The position numbers were made by a program, and so were the translations under genes. Below the pieces are notes generated by a model that searched no databases, was not told where the DNA came from, and saw only the letters and a list, made by a program, of their open reading frames with translations. Below are positions 42,801 through 56,999 of a DNA stretch of 64,000 nt, piece by piece. The DNA is from Klebsormidium nitens (lineage: Eukaryota > Plantae > Klebsormidiophyceae), in NCBI GenBank assembly GCA_000708835.1, contig DF236972.1, forward strand, positions 186,001-250,000, in the 5' to 3' direction. Position 1 is the stretch's first letter. Each line of letters begins with the position of its first letter.

Positions 42801-45189
42801 AAGCGCATCTCCTTTTCCTTGGAAAAGCTGGCAAGTATTAAAGTGAGTGCTTTTGCAGACGTTAGAATCCCGCGGAAAACTTCCGCGCTGCTTACTGATC
42901 AATCAATCTGCTTACTGGTCAATTAGCTTCATGATTCACCGTCCTGCTCACGCACGTGATGCATAGAAAGTGACAATGTTTGTCACGGACTCCCGAGATG
43001 GCGCACTAGAGGCCGTTGACGGCTGTCGCTTAGAACTTAGGCTGTTTGGGTTTGTATCGACAGAGACCTACATGAGACATCTGCTCATAATCTCTTTTTC
43101 CAGTTTGACTCGAAGCCGCAGCTCGGCAGCGTCCACTTAATGTAGTCCAACAAGCCCGAAGGGCATTCACTCATATTCAAATCTGAAAACGGTTCCACCC
43201 TCATGGCCATCGCCTGTAAGAAATGGGTGTTGCGTATGAAGGTGCGCGCATGGCTACCAAGAAGTATGGGTCTCCGTTGGCGGTGGTTCAAGTTTTTCTG
43301 AGAGCGCGCTGTCTATCGCGACCAGCTTCCTTTTCCTTGTCACCAGGATACACCTGATCATCATATCGGCGTCTGACTTAAACACTGTGTGCAGCAAATG
43401 AATTTGGGCGAGTAACTATGTGGCGAAGTTCGTTCTGACGCTGGCGATTGATTTCTACCGAGTCTCTTCGTTGACCGTCCTTTGCATGTGTCTTGAATCG
43501 GTCGTAAAAGAGCGCCTGATGTGCTTGGGCTTCCGGGCGCCCGATGGATGGTCAGCCAGCTAGTGGCGAGGACGATGATTAGCTGTGCTGGGATCGACCG
43601 TCTTCAGCGCTATAAGTCTGTCGTACGTGCTCTGAAGCCACGAATATGCGTGGAGGCCTTTCGATACAGGACGGGATCCCTTCACTGCTTCTTTAAAAAA
43701 ACATCACGATCAAAATTGCTAATTCCTAACGGGTGCATGTGCTTCATCAGTGGATTGCAAGTCCGCAGCAAACGCCTGACAAAGCAGTGCGCGTCGAGGT
43801 ACTGATTCTGGCCTAATGTAACGGAGCCGCAAACGCGGATGTACGGTCCAACGCGGGTTCCGTACTCATCCAAAACATCTGAAACATGGCCAATCGGCTG
43901 AGCCATGTGCCTCCGGTCCTTTCTCAGCGTCCCCCCCTCAGAAGAAATATTGATGGGTTGCTGGCTGTGTTCCTTTGGCACCCTTTGGACTTTTCGTGTT
44001 GGCCGCCAAAGAAGACTCAGCCTTGATTAGTAACGGCCCTGCAAATCACTCTTTTTGCCTACGTACTGACATTGCAGCGAGTAGCTTGGCCTGACTTTGA
44101 AGTGCTTTGCTGAGTCGTCCCACAAGAATGTTCCGGGCGATGATGGGCGGAGGCGGGTTGGTCTCACGAAAGATCACCAGTGTTCCTGAATGCCAATGGG
44201 ATGCCAGGATGTACATGACTCTTCTGTGGTTCCTCTTCCTCTTCAAGTACTTAACCCCTTGTCGATCGGTGGATGCATATCTACATAGGCTGCAGCTTCT
44301 TTGTGGTTGCGAAACTGAGCGCAGCAGTGATTGCACGCTGCTGTGCTGACGCAGCGGCTATGTTTGAGGATCAGTAATGAAGAGGGAGAAAGGCAGTGAC
44401 CTCTTCATTGTGAGTTCTCCGCGAGTACGTAGACGGTCTTTTGATCGGATGGAGTTTACGCGATTCCGGCCGTCGCGTCCAGTCTATTTAAAGGGCGCAG
44501 CTGCTTGCTGACTGTTACGTTTTACAAAATATGATGGATCGTGTAGGTGTTTATCTTAGGCCAACTTGACACGTTTGCTAACCGTCCTTTGTATCTAACC
44601 CTTGCCGCCTTAGGGTTACATACCCTTTACACCGAAGGTCTCGAGGCCGATGTCTTCTGAAATTTGTTTAAGACTCTCGTTTCAAGATGCCAAAGCTGCG
44701 ACAGTGGCGGTGATGACTTGATTTGGGATCACTCAGCTCAAGGATGTTCAACCAGTTTCTGCTGATGCCGCCACGTTTGTCTCATGCAACACGACGCACA
44801 AACTTACTTTCTGTCTTTCAGGACAGAAATGGGATTGAGCCGAGCGCATCGCTCTTTCTTGTGCTGCGGAGCTTGAATGTTATTGCTTCCTCCAGCTTCA
44901 AAACCAGCTCGCTGTTTTGCAGCGCCGAGTGATCACGTTTTCGCACTTTTGGATCTCCTTAAAAGGTCGTCCTCGGTAATCTGTGGCCATGATAGATTGC
45001 GCACCTGCGTGATACACTTGGAGATCACCATTCAAATGGATCGTTGAAGCCGCTCGAGGGCACGAAGTCGTAATGGAGTTGTAAGTATTACAACTTTAGC
45101 GCCTCATCCTCATCCTCCTCACTTCATCCTTCTATTGGCTGAATTCACTCTAGATCGGGATGAAGCGCCTCATTTTCATCCGGATTTTC

Positions 45190-45811
45190 NNNNNNNNNNN
45201 NNNNNNNNNNNNNNNNNNNNNNNNNNNNNNNNNNNNNNNNNNNNNNNNNNNNNNNNNNNNNNNNNNNNNNNNNNNNNNNNNNNNNNNNNNNNNNNNNNNN
45301 NNNNNNNNNNNNNNNNNNNNNNNNNNNNNNNNNNNNNNNNNNNNNNNNNNNNNNNNNNNNNNNNNNNNNNNNNNNNNNNNNNNNNNNNNNNNNNNNNNNN
45401 NNNNNNNNNNNNNNNNNNNNNNNNNNNNNNNNNNNNNNNNNNNNNNNNNNNNNNNNNNNNNNNNNNNNNNNNNNNNNNNNNNNNNNNNNNNNNNNNNNNN
45501 NNNNNNNNNNNNNNNNNNNNNNNNNNNNNNNNNNNNNNNNNNNNNNNNNNNNNNNNNNNNNNNNNNNNNNNNNNNNNNNNNNNNNNNNNNNNNNNNNNNN
45601 NNNNNNNNNNNNNNNNNNNNNNNNNNNNNNNNNNNNNNNNNNNNNNNNNNNNNNNNNNNNNNNNNNNNNNNNNNNNNNNNNNNNNNNNNNNNNNNNNNNN
45701 NNNNNNNNNNNNNNNNNNNNNNNNNNNNNNNNNNNNNNNNNNNNNNNNNNNNNNNNNNNNNNNNNNNNNNNNNNNNNNNNNNNNNNNNNNNNNNNNNNNN
45801 NNNNNNNNNNN
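45190..45811. other. Assembly gap (N run)
   Basis: Run of N. Confidence 1.
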
Positions 45812-46232
45812 TCGAGGGCCCATCAGATCAGTTCTCCAAACCGGGAAGGTACTACTTCTCGGTGACGTGCATCGACGGCTTAATCCGTTCATTTTAGAAG
45901 ACACTTTTAAAGGGTTGCATCTGAGTGTTACCTCAGCCACTGCCAGGGAGAAGCGCGTAGGTTTGTCTTTTTGCGCATACTTTTCGTAAATTCTTTCTGC
46001 AAAGTCCGTTGAGGCCTTGAAAGCAGGCCGATCCGGTCCGTCCATGATGACGCATCTTATGCCAGCTTGTACCGTTCAGGTTGATAGTCCAGGTTGCGAC
46101 CACTCAGACGACACGTCAATCCAAGTCTCGACATACTTTCAAATTTCTTAATATCATTCTACTGCCAAATCTGTTCATCGCCGATGGCCCCCGCCGTCAC
46201 TGAGAATGCTTTCGATCAGAACACTTATATAC

Positions 46233-46542
46233 CTTCTTCGACGGAACCAATGCTAACATAGATCGCAAGGAGCGTCACCTTTTGCTGCTCAGTGCCGCCC
46301 ATTCGGGACGTGGGCAGGCCTCCCTTTGTTATATCGCGGTATGCTTGTTTTGGCACTTTAATCTCACGTAGAATATTCACTCAAGGCGTGTGGGTTGAAT
46401 CCTGCGCGCCGGCCACAAGAGGATCTTTCTGCGGGTTTTTCTACGGCCAGGATGCTCAGAGGTGACACTCCGAGTATTCTTCACCAACCATGTCGAACTT
46501 AACCTTTTTGCAGTCCCAACAACAAAACTGATGCCTTGGATA
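46233..46542 (-). pseudogene. Degenerate coding-like frame with three in-frame stops; origin unknown (decayed gene or TE)
   Basis: One frame reads YPRHQFCCWDCKKVKFDMVGEEYSECHL*ASWP*KNPQ..HTP*VNILREIKVPKQAYRDITKGG..YVSIGSVEE and ends at a GT. No family recognised. Confidence 0.3.
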
Positions 46543-49500
46543 CGTACGGGGCGACTCTTGCTGTTCCATCTTTCTGTACGTTTTGGACGATTACAGGATG
46601 TTAGTGCTTGTCTTTGCCCCGGCTGCATCCCCTTTTTCGACGTCCCAAAAGTCGCTCGACTAACTTTAGGGCATTCCTTCCTTAGTGAGTTCCTCGCACG
46701 TTGCAAAAAGCGTGAATATCAAGCTGAATTACATAGTGTTTTTTCACTACCTGCTTCGTCCTTCTTCATTCGCAGGGATAAAGTCAATCTGGGAAGAATC
46801 CAGGGGCATGAAAGACGTTGCAGGAGAACGGGCGGACCCTCCAAGTTGCTCTGCGACTGCAGATTCCTTGATCCTTGGAACGTCTGCTCAATGATCTTGG
46901 CGCTTGAATCTGGCTCCGCGGGTGCTCAGAGGATCATGCGCCGGTTTGTGACCTCGCAGATAAAATCATCCGGATGGAGGCCTCAGATGGGATTCAAGGG
47001 CTCGGTGCCTCGTAATCTTTTCCTACGAAAAAGGGTCATTTATGCGGTTGGGACGCTTGCGCAGCACCTGCAATTGTTTTGATGTGCCAACGTGTGTGTC
47101 CTTCTCATCGATGCTGGCACCTTGACCCTGGAGTATCTTTATCAGTCTTTTCACCCTCTGCCCAAAGCTACGAGCAGAGCTTAATTTCATTTCCTCGAAT
47201 CACTGCCGGCAGGCGCCCTGAGTCCTAAGGGCGCACATGGATCCATCTCATCAGTCATCGATTAGATCAGACATCGAATCGACTCAGTCCGAAGAAGGAC
47301 GTTCTTTACAAGTCGAGGTTTAATGCCTCACTAAAGCTTGTATGGGTTGTGACTTCCCTTCCCATTCGATGCGATTCAATTTCACTTTATCATGATTTGC
47401 TCGCGTCACTTCGGCTCGGCGCCGAAGCAAGCGCCCACTGGTGGGAGAGGGCGGCGGCCTTGGACTTACATTAAGAATGAGGAAAGGACCAGCTCTGTAA
47501 ATTTCTTCCTGACACGAGCGCACGACATATGGCTCGACATTTCTTAGCTGACCACGTCTCTCGGCTCTTGCCTCTGCTTCTTGGAACAATCACAGTCTCG
47601 ATCTAATGCCATTCTTGGTCAATATGCCGAAGCCAAAGCCTCGATATGAGTTCCAATTAAGCTCAGATGCGTTTACGGTTTTTTACTAATTGCGCCGTTA
47701 CCAGCAGATTCTCACCAAACGCAGGTCGGAAAGGGCTATGAGAGATCTATGCAACCTGGGGGCGTTCATCGTCCCCATGTTGCCTTTTGCTTGCCAGGGG
47801 TTTTTAAGGCCACATTTGTTCCAAAATGATCGCCTCTACTTTAAAAATTGATCAATGAGACTGCCATCGAAGACTGTCTTTCTTCGGAGGAGATCGGTAT
47901 TGAGGTGATTAGTATTCGTCGTTTGGGCTTACCGAGACTGCACTTTGAAGAACGCCCGAAAACTAATTAGAGCAGTATTAGACTACCGTGACGCTCCCGT
48001 GAGTTTCTAAGCTCAAATGGACTCTGTGCTTGTTGATGCCACGCTCGTCGGGCTCTCTTCCAAGCTAATCAAGTACTTCTAATTGATCCTTCCGAACGAG
48101 TCTGTTGGATCAAACGGTCAGCGATGTTCCCGACTATGGGACTCCGAGGACTTAAACGCAGAGCTAGCCTCTGATCTGCAAAGGCAAGTCGAGGTAGAAC
48201 TCTCTTTGCAGCAGCGTCGTATCCAGGTTCTTTGATCACCCCGCAAAAAAGAAGTTTGGTCTTTCCGTTGGTGTTAGACCGCCTGCCCAACCGGCCGGGT
48301 CGGGACAAGATCCTTCCTGCAACTGCATCTCGGAAGTTTTGACATTCGTACTTCCATATCCTACTTAAGTCCACTTGCCAAGGTACAGGACGGGCGGTGA
48401 TGTTAAAGTTGCTGAGGGATAGAAGGTCCCAGGGTCATCCAGGTGCAGTCTTCCGACGCCAAATAAGAATTGTGTTTGGCCCAGCAGAACACCTCTTCTT
48501 CACGGAAAAGCTCGTGCGGACACTGCGAAACACTAATTGGTAACCGGCAACGGCGGAAACGTTGGTGCCGCAGCTAGCTCTTATTGCGCCGAGCCGTTAT
48601 TACTGCTTGCAGTCACGACTCCCTTGCATATGAGCGAGAAATTATGTGGGCATCTGTCCATCGCGCAACCCTCAATCTTAACCGACCAGTCTTGATTGCA
48701 AGCGCACCAGACAGGCTGACTCTCTTATGATCTGCCTACTGACTGGTCTTCGCGGCAATAGAAGCACTTAAGTGTAAGCGTGACCGCGGCGATATTTCAG
48801 GTGCAACATGCCTTCACGTTTAGCACGTGTTCTAACAGTCAGTCTGCTCTGGTCTGGTTTTTCCTGGTTTTTCCTTTGTTAGCTTCTTTCCCTGTGGGCG
48901 AACGTATGCCGTCTGAATTCTGCTCGAGAGACGCTCTTGCAACGCACCTGACCTGGTTTGATTTGCTTCCTGTGACGAATTTCATTCTCTGACGGATTAT
49001 CAGAATGCAAATTGAAAACTCACGCCTCTTTTATCATGGATCTGAAGCCTCAACTCATGCTGACACTTTCAGGCCACTACCGCTTGCCGCTTCTGCATGT
49101 CCTACTTTAACGCTGTGGGCAATTCAGGGCGTCTAGTTCGCGATATGAGGACGGATCCATTGGAGCACCCAACTATGAATAAGCTAGCGTACATAAAGCT
49201 GGCCTAGCTGAATTGTACCTGGCACTTGCTTGGGCCCCGGCCTCTAATGTTCGGTTAAATTACGGTTTGAATCATTGCCACGTGCTTTTTGAGAAATAAT
49301 CAATAAGAAAGGCTGGGATGGAGATCCGTTTTGAAATACGTGTTCAGGATCACACTTGGCCTGCCCTCCTGAAGCCTCGACATTCCTAGAGCTAAACTAC
49401 GTCAACGTGCAACACAAAGCAAACCGAGCTCAGCCAGAAGCCTGATCTTCAACCTCGAATCAAAAGTCCTCGGCAACTATTTCAGAAGCAAGATAATGAT

Positions 49501-50435
49501 CATTCAACGTATACATCTTGTCATCATTCCATCAAGAGTGCAGCTCTGGTTGTCCATTTCGTCGTTTTAAGTAAACTCGTCCCACAAGTTCGCAAATACA
49601 CACCACCGATCGATCCCGTCAGGTTAATTATGGTTCGCATGATGATTTTTATATCCCCTTTCTTTTCTTCGGAAGATGCGCCGGCCTTGATAAGCCATCC
49701 GCACTGGCTGGACCCATCCAGAGATCCCAGAACTTTGTCAATTGAGCCGAGTTCCGCGTTTACAGGAAGCTACGTTTTAATACTGCCGTCTGATCCAAAG
49801 CTCTCGTGGAAGGGCACGTGCCGTGGCTGTGATCGGACGGCGTCGTGGGGACAGTCTTCTCAGCAAGGTCTGCCACGATCATTTGCTGACGCCAACACGA
49901 CGCACATATATGTGTCCTTATAATTATCCGGAAACAAATTGAAACTCGGTCTGACCGGGCCGAGCGCGTTGCTTCTTGTTGTGGTGCTGGTCTTGCAATC
50001 GAAGACTATAAGTGCTCCTTCAAGCTTCACGTCCTTATCAGTCCATGATCAGCCGATCTTTGTTCTTATGCTGCACCGCCCGCAGCAGAGCAAGGCCGTA
50101 CATTCTGACGCCGCTCTTCTCTTCGATCAATCTTCGCGCGATAGTGGCGGTGCTGAAACGCGCGCGTCCTGTGTGATCATTGCACTTTAGGATTACTGGT
50201 TGGCCGGTCAAGGTTGAGGCCGCACAACAGAGATAGTAACCATAAATATTTATCCGAGAAAAGTTCCTCAAAGAATGAACGTTGCTTTCAATCGTTGGCC
50301 CGGCCTGCCATGCTGACGTCAGTGCAATAATCGCTCGCGTAACGACGGTTTCTGGAGCCACTAAAAGGCAAGCGGAGGGCTCGGCTACAAACATCGGGCG
50401 TAAAGCGCTCGTCCACTCACGTCGAGGTAACAGTG

Positions 50436-50558
50436 GCGCAGACCCGCTCGCGCGCGCGCATGAAGCCAGGTGCTTGGCGCACGCGGGGCCTGGCTCGAGC
50501 GCAGACCGGCGCGCGCGCGCGCACGAAGCCAAGTGCGTGGCGCGGGGTCCGGTTCGAG
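50436..50558. repeat. Two tandem ~62-bp GC-rich units, each with a (CG)n run
   Basis: Units at 50436-50498 and 50499-50558. Confidence 0.9.
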
Positions 50559-52360
50559 CGTCGGCTAGCTTGCGAGCTCACGTCACTTCGGGGCCTGTTG
50601 TGTTTTCTGAAGCCGTTCAGTCTTCGACGGGGCGTCGTGGATTAGCGACCGAAAAGACATGCCAGATCGAGGCCACAGAAAAGGGAACCACCTGAGAGTG
50701 GAATCAAGACCTCGAATCTGGTGAGCTCTGGAGTCTTCGCATTAGAGCAGCGAAAGTCAGCTCTCCTGCGTGATGCTAGAGATCACAGAATGACCTGGAA
50801 CCCCTTCGCTGTTTCCTCTACTGTCAAGTGCCAGCAGTATGCGCCACAGCCTTTAAATAGTCACTTGAAAGTAAGTTCCTTTTGTCACCCGACGACACTT
50901 TGTCCGTCTAAATGACATCTATGGCAAGGATGTTGACAGTATGTATGGGATGGAACAACCGAGGCTCCATACCCATTCCGGCAGGTCTTACAGATGTCAT
51001 GCGAAACCGACGAACGAACAGATTAATATCTAAATTGCAGCCCATCACGTCGTACGCTCTTATTTCGTGGCATCTTTGGCACTCGGTCTTTTTTGAGGCT
51101 TCATTCGCCCTGGTTTCGATCACTTGGTCATGTTGGTATATGCCTGCCGCTTTGGCTTTGTAGCGCGCGACCCTTTTTACGTCTAAAACTCTAGCGTTGA
51201 TTCAGATCCAGACGCTTCGCCCACTATTAAGAACAGGCTTTTCTGTTTTCCTGAAATATGCTGGTGAATTGTTCATGTCTATCCCGCGTGGCAAAGATGG
51301 AGATTGACTAATACAATCTGGGAGCCAACCTGTGTCTTTCAGTGACATTGTTGGAAACACTGACTTCTCAGAGCCACAGTGACAGCATTGGGTGAGTTTG
51401 CCTTCGTGCCGAAGCCTGGCTTCAACGCCTATTCTTGCTGTGCACCTCAGAAAAACCTCAACTGTGGTTGTGACTACTTTAATCGGCTCGTTCTTCTCAA
51501 AGAAGGCCAGTATTTCTTGGAGTCACTTCACCTGGGAACGCCGTCTCAGAAAACGTCAACTGGTTACTGAGGGCAAGAATAATCAATGGGGTTGTAGAAT
51601 TTGAAGGATCCTCTGGCTTCTCGAGCGTCTTTGCTTTCGCGTACTACGTTAACTCTTCTGGGACTCTACTGTGATTTGATACTAGCTATACTCCCGGATA
51701 TATATAGTCCGATGCTCACACGAATATCTCCGACCTCACACGAGCCTAAGTCAGATGAATGTGCTGACAATCCTGGTTACAGCTGCACTCATCATGGCTG
51801 CAGATCGTGGTATCATATGGATTTTAAAGGATCTTTGGATCGACATTCGTAAGACAGTTGGATCGTTTTGCTCAACTCCGCCGGTTCCGATTCTCGATTA
51901 TATTGTCACCTTAATCGCCTGGTCCCGCACCAACCTTCACGGCTTTTCGGCGCGCGGCTTTGGCACATGTAATTTGCATCGCTTTGGCACCAGGTGCATG
52001 CAGGGCTGCAGCTCATGACAGTCCCTCTGCTCGAGGCTTGCCCTCACAATCCCCCAGTTGGCTCGTTCTTCTTTCTGGTGGCAATTACAGTTTATAAGGC
52101 CCCTGAGAATCGAACTCACATCTTCCGCACCGATCAACGACCGACCACCTGACGCCACAGCTGTTCAAAATTCTTTCAGTAGATTTGAATGTAATTCTCT
52201 GATTCTTGCGCTTGCCTCTAGCGGTGCGAGCAGCTCAGCACTCAGCTCGTAAACCTATTACGTATCTCTCTGAATGATCGTACGCTTCGACCCTGCGCTG
52301 GACTTTGAAGGTTCCAAGAGAAGCGTAGATACGTATAAGACACAAGATTATACGCAAATT

Positions 52361-53327
52361 NNNNNNNNNNNNNNNNNNNNNNNNNNNNNNNNNNNNNNNN
52401 NNNNNNNNNNNNNNNNNNNNNNNNNNNNNNNNNNNNNNNNNNNNNNNNNNNNNNNNNNNNNNNNNNNNNNNNNNNNNNNNNNNNNNNNNNNNNNNNNNNN
52501 NNNNNNNNNNNNNNNNNNNNNNNNNNNNNNNNNNNNNNNNNNNNNNNNNNNNNNNNNNNNNNNNNNNNNNNNNNNNNNNNNNNNNNNNNNNNNNNNNNNN
52601 NNNNNNNNNNNNNNNNNNNNNNNNNNNNNNNNNNNNNNNNNNNNNNNNNNNNNNNNNNNNNNNNNNNNNNNNNNNNNNNNNNNNNNNNNNNNNNNNNNNN
52701 NNNNNNNNNNNNNNNNNNNNNNNNNNNNNNNNNNNNNNNNNNNNNNNNNNNNNNNNNNNNNNNNNNNNNNNNNNNNNNNNNNNNNNNNNNNNNNNNNNNN
52801 NNNNNNNNNNNNNNNNNNNNNNNNNNNNNNNNNNNNNNNNNNNNNNNNNNNNNNNNNNNNNNNNNNNNNNNNNNNNNNNNNNNNNNNNNNNNNNNNNNNN
52901 NNNNNNNNNNNNNNNNNNNNNNNNNNNNNNNNNNNNNNNNNNNNNNNNNNNNNNNNNNNNNNNNNNNNNNNNNNNNNNNNNNNNNNNNNNNNNNNNNNNN
53001 NNNNNNNNNNNNNNNNNNNNNNNNNNNNNNNNNNNNNNNNNNNNNNNNNNNNNNNNNNNNNNNNNNNNNNNNNNNNNNNNNNNNNNNNNNNNNNNNNNNN
53101 NNNNNNNNNNNNNNNNNNNNNNNNNNNNNNNNNNNNNNNNNNNNNNNNNNNNNNNNNNNNNNNNNNNNNNNNNNNNNNNNNNNNNNNNNNNNNNNNNNNN
53201 NNNNNNNNNNNNNNNNNNNNNNNNNNNNNNNNNNNNNNNNNNNNNNNNNNNNNNNNNNNNNNNNNNNNNNNNNNNNNNNNNNNNNNNNNNNNNNNNNNNN
53301 NNNNNNNNNNNNNNNNNNNNNNNNNNN
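52361..53327. other. Assembly gap (N run)
   Basis: Run of N. Confidence 1.
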
Positions 53328-56300
53328 CTTCTAACAAATTCCGCAATTAAAAATCTGGACAAGCAATTGTGGCTGTGACGGAATTACGATCTGAGGGGCA
53401 CCGTATTCAGCTCAAATTTCCGAATCGCCGCTCAGCTGATGCCACGTGTCCTCTTTTTCGGCGATAAAACACCTAACGTGATGTCACTAATCTGCACAAG
53501 GCTAGTTACATTTGCGTTTGAAAGGTCGAACATTAACGATGTTCGCACTCATGTCAATCAGCCCTTGCGGATTTGCGAGGTTCTGTCTAAACCACGTACT
53601 GCATTTTTTAACCTTCAACGGCAGAACTAGACGGAGCCCTCTGAAGGAACCACATCTGATCGAGGCTGATGTTCTTCCTACTGGTTTCAGTATTCATTTT
53701 TAGCAGTGGGCTTAATTACGACGTGTCAGTAGGGCTTTCGAATGCTCGCACAGAGAGGAAGTCTCTTACAACTTCTCGGGATCCTAAGAGCTGATCACAG
53801 CCATGTATATGAGGCTGTTGGCCCGGCCCAGGTGAAGCCAGTGTGCTACATTCCTTTCAACAAAGTGCGCTTTTCAAGTTGGTGTGGTGTCCTCTCGTAT
53901 GCTGTGGCAGTGACGCTACGCTCCAGTGAGTCTCTAAGCTCATCAGCATCATCAATCTTGATCTTTGACGCCACACTGTTCTAATCTTCTTCCACCTTTA
54001 CGCCTTATTCAATCCAAACGGTTCGTCAAGTCAAAAACTGCATGCGACCAATTTCCCGACATAGAGCTTTGCAAGCAAAGCTTGAGCATGTTTGAAACAG
54101 GCTGTTTCCAAGCGTGTCTAGGTTTGTGAAGCTCTGCAAAAAGCAGATCCGCCCTCTTATCTTTCACAGCCAGTTTTACCATTGTGACACGCTGGTCCCG
54201 CGAATGGGTCCCCGTCCATTTTGGCCTCAACTATTTTCAAGGCTATTGGAATCATGATATCGATGCCAGCACTCTTACATTCGAACAAATGGACGGTATG
54301 CCAGCCCAGGTACGCCTTTGGGACGGCTGTGATTAATGGCGTTTTTTCCGGAATCAAAAAGGTCCCGAACCGCTCATGCGGACAACTTGACGCCAGTGGC
54401 TGAGAGAAGCACGACAGTCTCGTCGACAAAGCGCGTGCTCAAATTGCGAATAGCCCAACAAACCATCCGACGGAGGCGTTGCTGCGGCGGCTAGAGTCTA
54501 ACTTTTCCGCCGCCACACGTCTGTCACGACTTTGTTGCGGCGCACGAGCGCAAACCTTTTTGAGCTCCTGTCCGTTGCAGTTGTTGGTTCCTTTACTTGC
54601 CACGACTATAAGCTAAGCGCACACCGCCTTAGTTTCTGAGGGGCTGACTTCATCTGTGATTTGTCCTCTCAGACTTTCAGAGAAGGAGCATTCATCCGTG
54701 GTGACCGTGAGACTGTCGGGCCCGCCCGGACTGGCTTTAAGCACCCTCGATAGTGAGGCTGACCGTTTAGCGTCAAAGCTTCCAAGCATGGATTCTAGGG
54801 CTCGAAAAGCCCTTAGCCTTCACTCTGTCGGCCGAGGCACAGTTGGTGGGTGCAAGAAAATTAAGGTGACAATGCTTTCGCTTACTTCAATCACGTCAGC
54901 AAGCGCAGAAATGCCAAGGCGCTTTGTTCCGATCCCGTTCCGATCAACCCGCAGTTCCTAATCCGTCGGAGTTCGCCACCCATTCACCAGCAGGTTCCAT
55001 CCGCTCGCCCACCTCGACGTTTTTAGTTTCCTTCCATACTGAACAAGGTGCCTTGTTCAGCAATGTTGTCTACGCTATTCGAATCGTCTCAAAGCTGCCA
55101 GCTTGTACGGTACGTCAAGCTTACCGCCCAATTATTCCAAGATGATCTCCATCAAGCCTGCTTGGAATCTCGCGCTTTCGTGTATCATCATACGGCTCCT
55201 TTGTTGGTTTCTCCTCACGTGGGCACAATGATCCAGGCGCCTTCAAGTTGCTAGTGGGTCGCCCAGTCACCTGATTTGCACTGCCTTGGTTCCTTAAGCT
55301 GTTACGAATCAATTCGTGAGCGTAGGACTCACGCCTTCGTGGTTCTGAGGCCACATCTGCCGATCCTTCAGGCTCAGTTCTATGCTGCTTCTGCGTGTCT
55401 TATTCTCCCTCCACGATCCTCCCCCGATTCGAAGTGAGGGCTGGAACCTGTCTCCCCCTGCGAAAGCAGGTGGGTTGGTTCAGCCTTCTGTGCTCAATAG
55501 GCGGCTTTTGAAGCCATGCATTTTCAAGCCAATCTTCCCTTCGACTGCACGTCAATAATACTCCATGCTGTGCTGGTCAGAAACCATGTTTCCAGCGGTT
55601 CTATTTCCGTCAGACAGTTCATCATTTGAGACGCAGAGCGACAGCCCCTCGGGTGCATCCCTCGAGGCATTCCAATCATCTCCCTGCCACCAAAAAGTTT
55701 GCCAAGTATAACGAGTTGGGTTACGGCTTTGATAAAAGGATCAATCACTGGGTACCAGAGTCCCAAGCAATGTAACCTGAATTTTGACGCCGTTTCCTGA
55801 ACCTTAGAGCAACGCCTTGAAACTTCTTGACTACTGCGGTGACTTGCTCCAGCTTTCAATCGTGGGACTTGTAAGTACCTTGGATATAATCCATACTTTC
55901 CATCGGTAGCTCTCACCCCTGGGACGGATCTGAATACTGTGCTTGTGAAAGAGTCAAGTACGATTGGAGAATGTGGTCAATGTGGCATGTGGGCTATGAA
56001 TGATTACGTACTGGATCCGGTCGTCCAGAATCACCCAACGGGGAGTCGACGTGCTCAAGAGATTCATGAGCCAGCTCCAAACCGTAAGTGCTGTAACATA
56101 CTCTCAGCGTTCTTCTTGCATGTGGACATGTGTGATGAGTCACTCAAAGCTGATTATACACGATAAGGTCAACTTCCGGACATGCTCTAATGCTCATTTG
56201 GGTAATTGACGAGCGGTTCTCGTCAGTACGCCAGGGTTTGACCGACTCGGGAACATGCATTGATTGCATCCGCAGAGTTGCAGTATGCAACGGACCAATC

Positions 56301-56383
56301 AACCTTCTAACCTTATTGAATAGTCAAAGCATCAATCTGACTGATGAGATGATCATGGATCATTACTCTTTCATTATGACTCA

Positions 56384-56450
56384 TGAGCATTGAGCTAGAT
56401 CATTCCGTTCTGCAATTCGTGAGCATTGAGCTAGATTCCGTTCTGCAATT
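56384..56450. repeat. Tandem duplication tgagcattgagctagat(ca)ttccgttctgcaatt x2
   Basis: Units at 56384-56417 and 56420-56450. Confidence 0.9.
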
Positions 56451-56642
56451 GTTCATGGGACGTTCAATGTTATGAATTCGAAACCATGCTCCAACGCGCT
56501 GATTGACATATGACGAGCACCCCGGGAGCACCGCCCGCCGCCCCGATATTCTGATACAGCGTGTGAGACAGAGAGTGACTATTTCACACATGAAACACAC
56601 TCAAATTCAGTCAGCATGCGCGGCTTTCGCACGGCCCAGGCC

Positions 56643-56999
56643 GCCCGGGGGGGGGGCGGGTGTGGAGAGTAGCGTACAAAATTCCTTATCTCAGGAACCT
56701 TTCCCAATCTCAGGACCGGCGACACCTGTAGTATGTGAGGTACAACTCCGCCGTTCATGGACAAAGAATCTAGGCCCTTAGGTTTGCATTGAATCTGCAT
56801 CGAACGGCTTCGATCGTATTCTTACATTCACCGGGCGGCCGCGTGAAATGCGTAGACATTGTAAGAGGGGTTCCACAATAGGGAAGAAACTTAACCCCAG
56901 AACCCCCGCCGCGGTTGTTCCCTCAGATCCGGAATATCCTGAGATCCGGAACCTGAGATCAAGTTCTGTACGCTAATCTCCACACCCGCCCTCCCGGGC
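56643..56999. mobile_element. MITE-like non-autonomous DNA transposon, ~355 bp
   Basis: Imperfect ~50-bp terminal inverted repeats (56644-56695 and 56952-56998), subterminal atctcagg/cctgagat repeats, and flanking direct repeat ggcccaggcc at 56633-56642 and 56997-57006. Confidence 0.75.

Noticed and set aside
45135-46045. ORF-track entries spanning the N gaps (also 52235-53362)
   Set aside because: Artefacts of translating N as X
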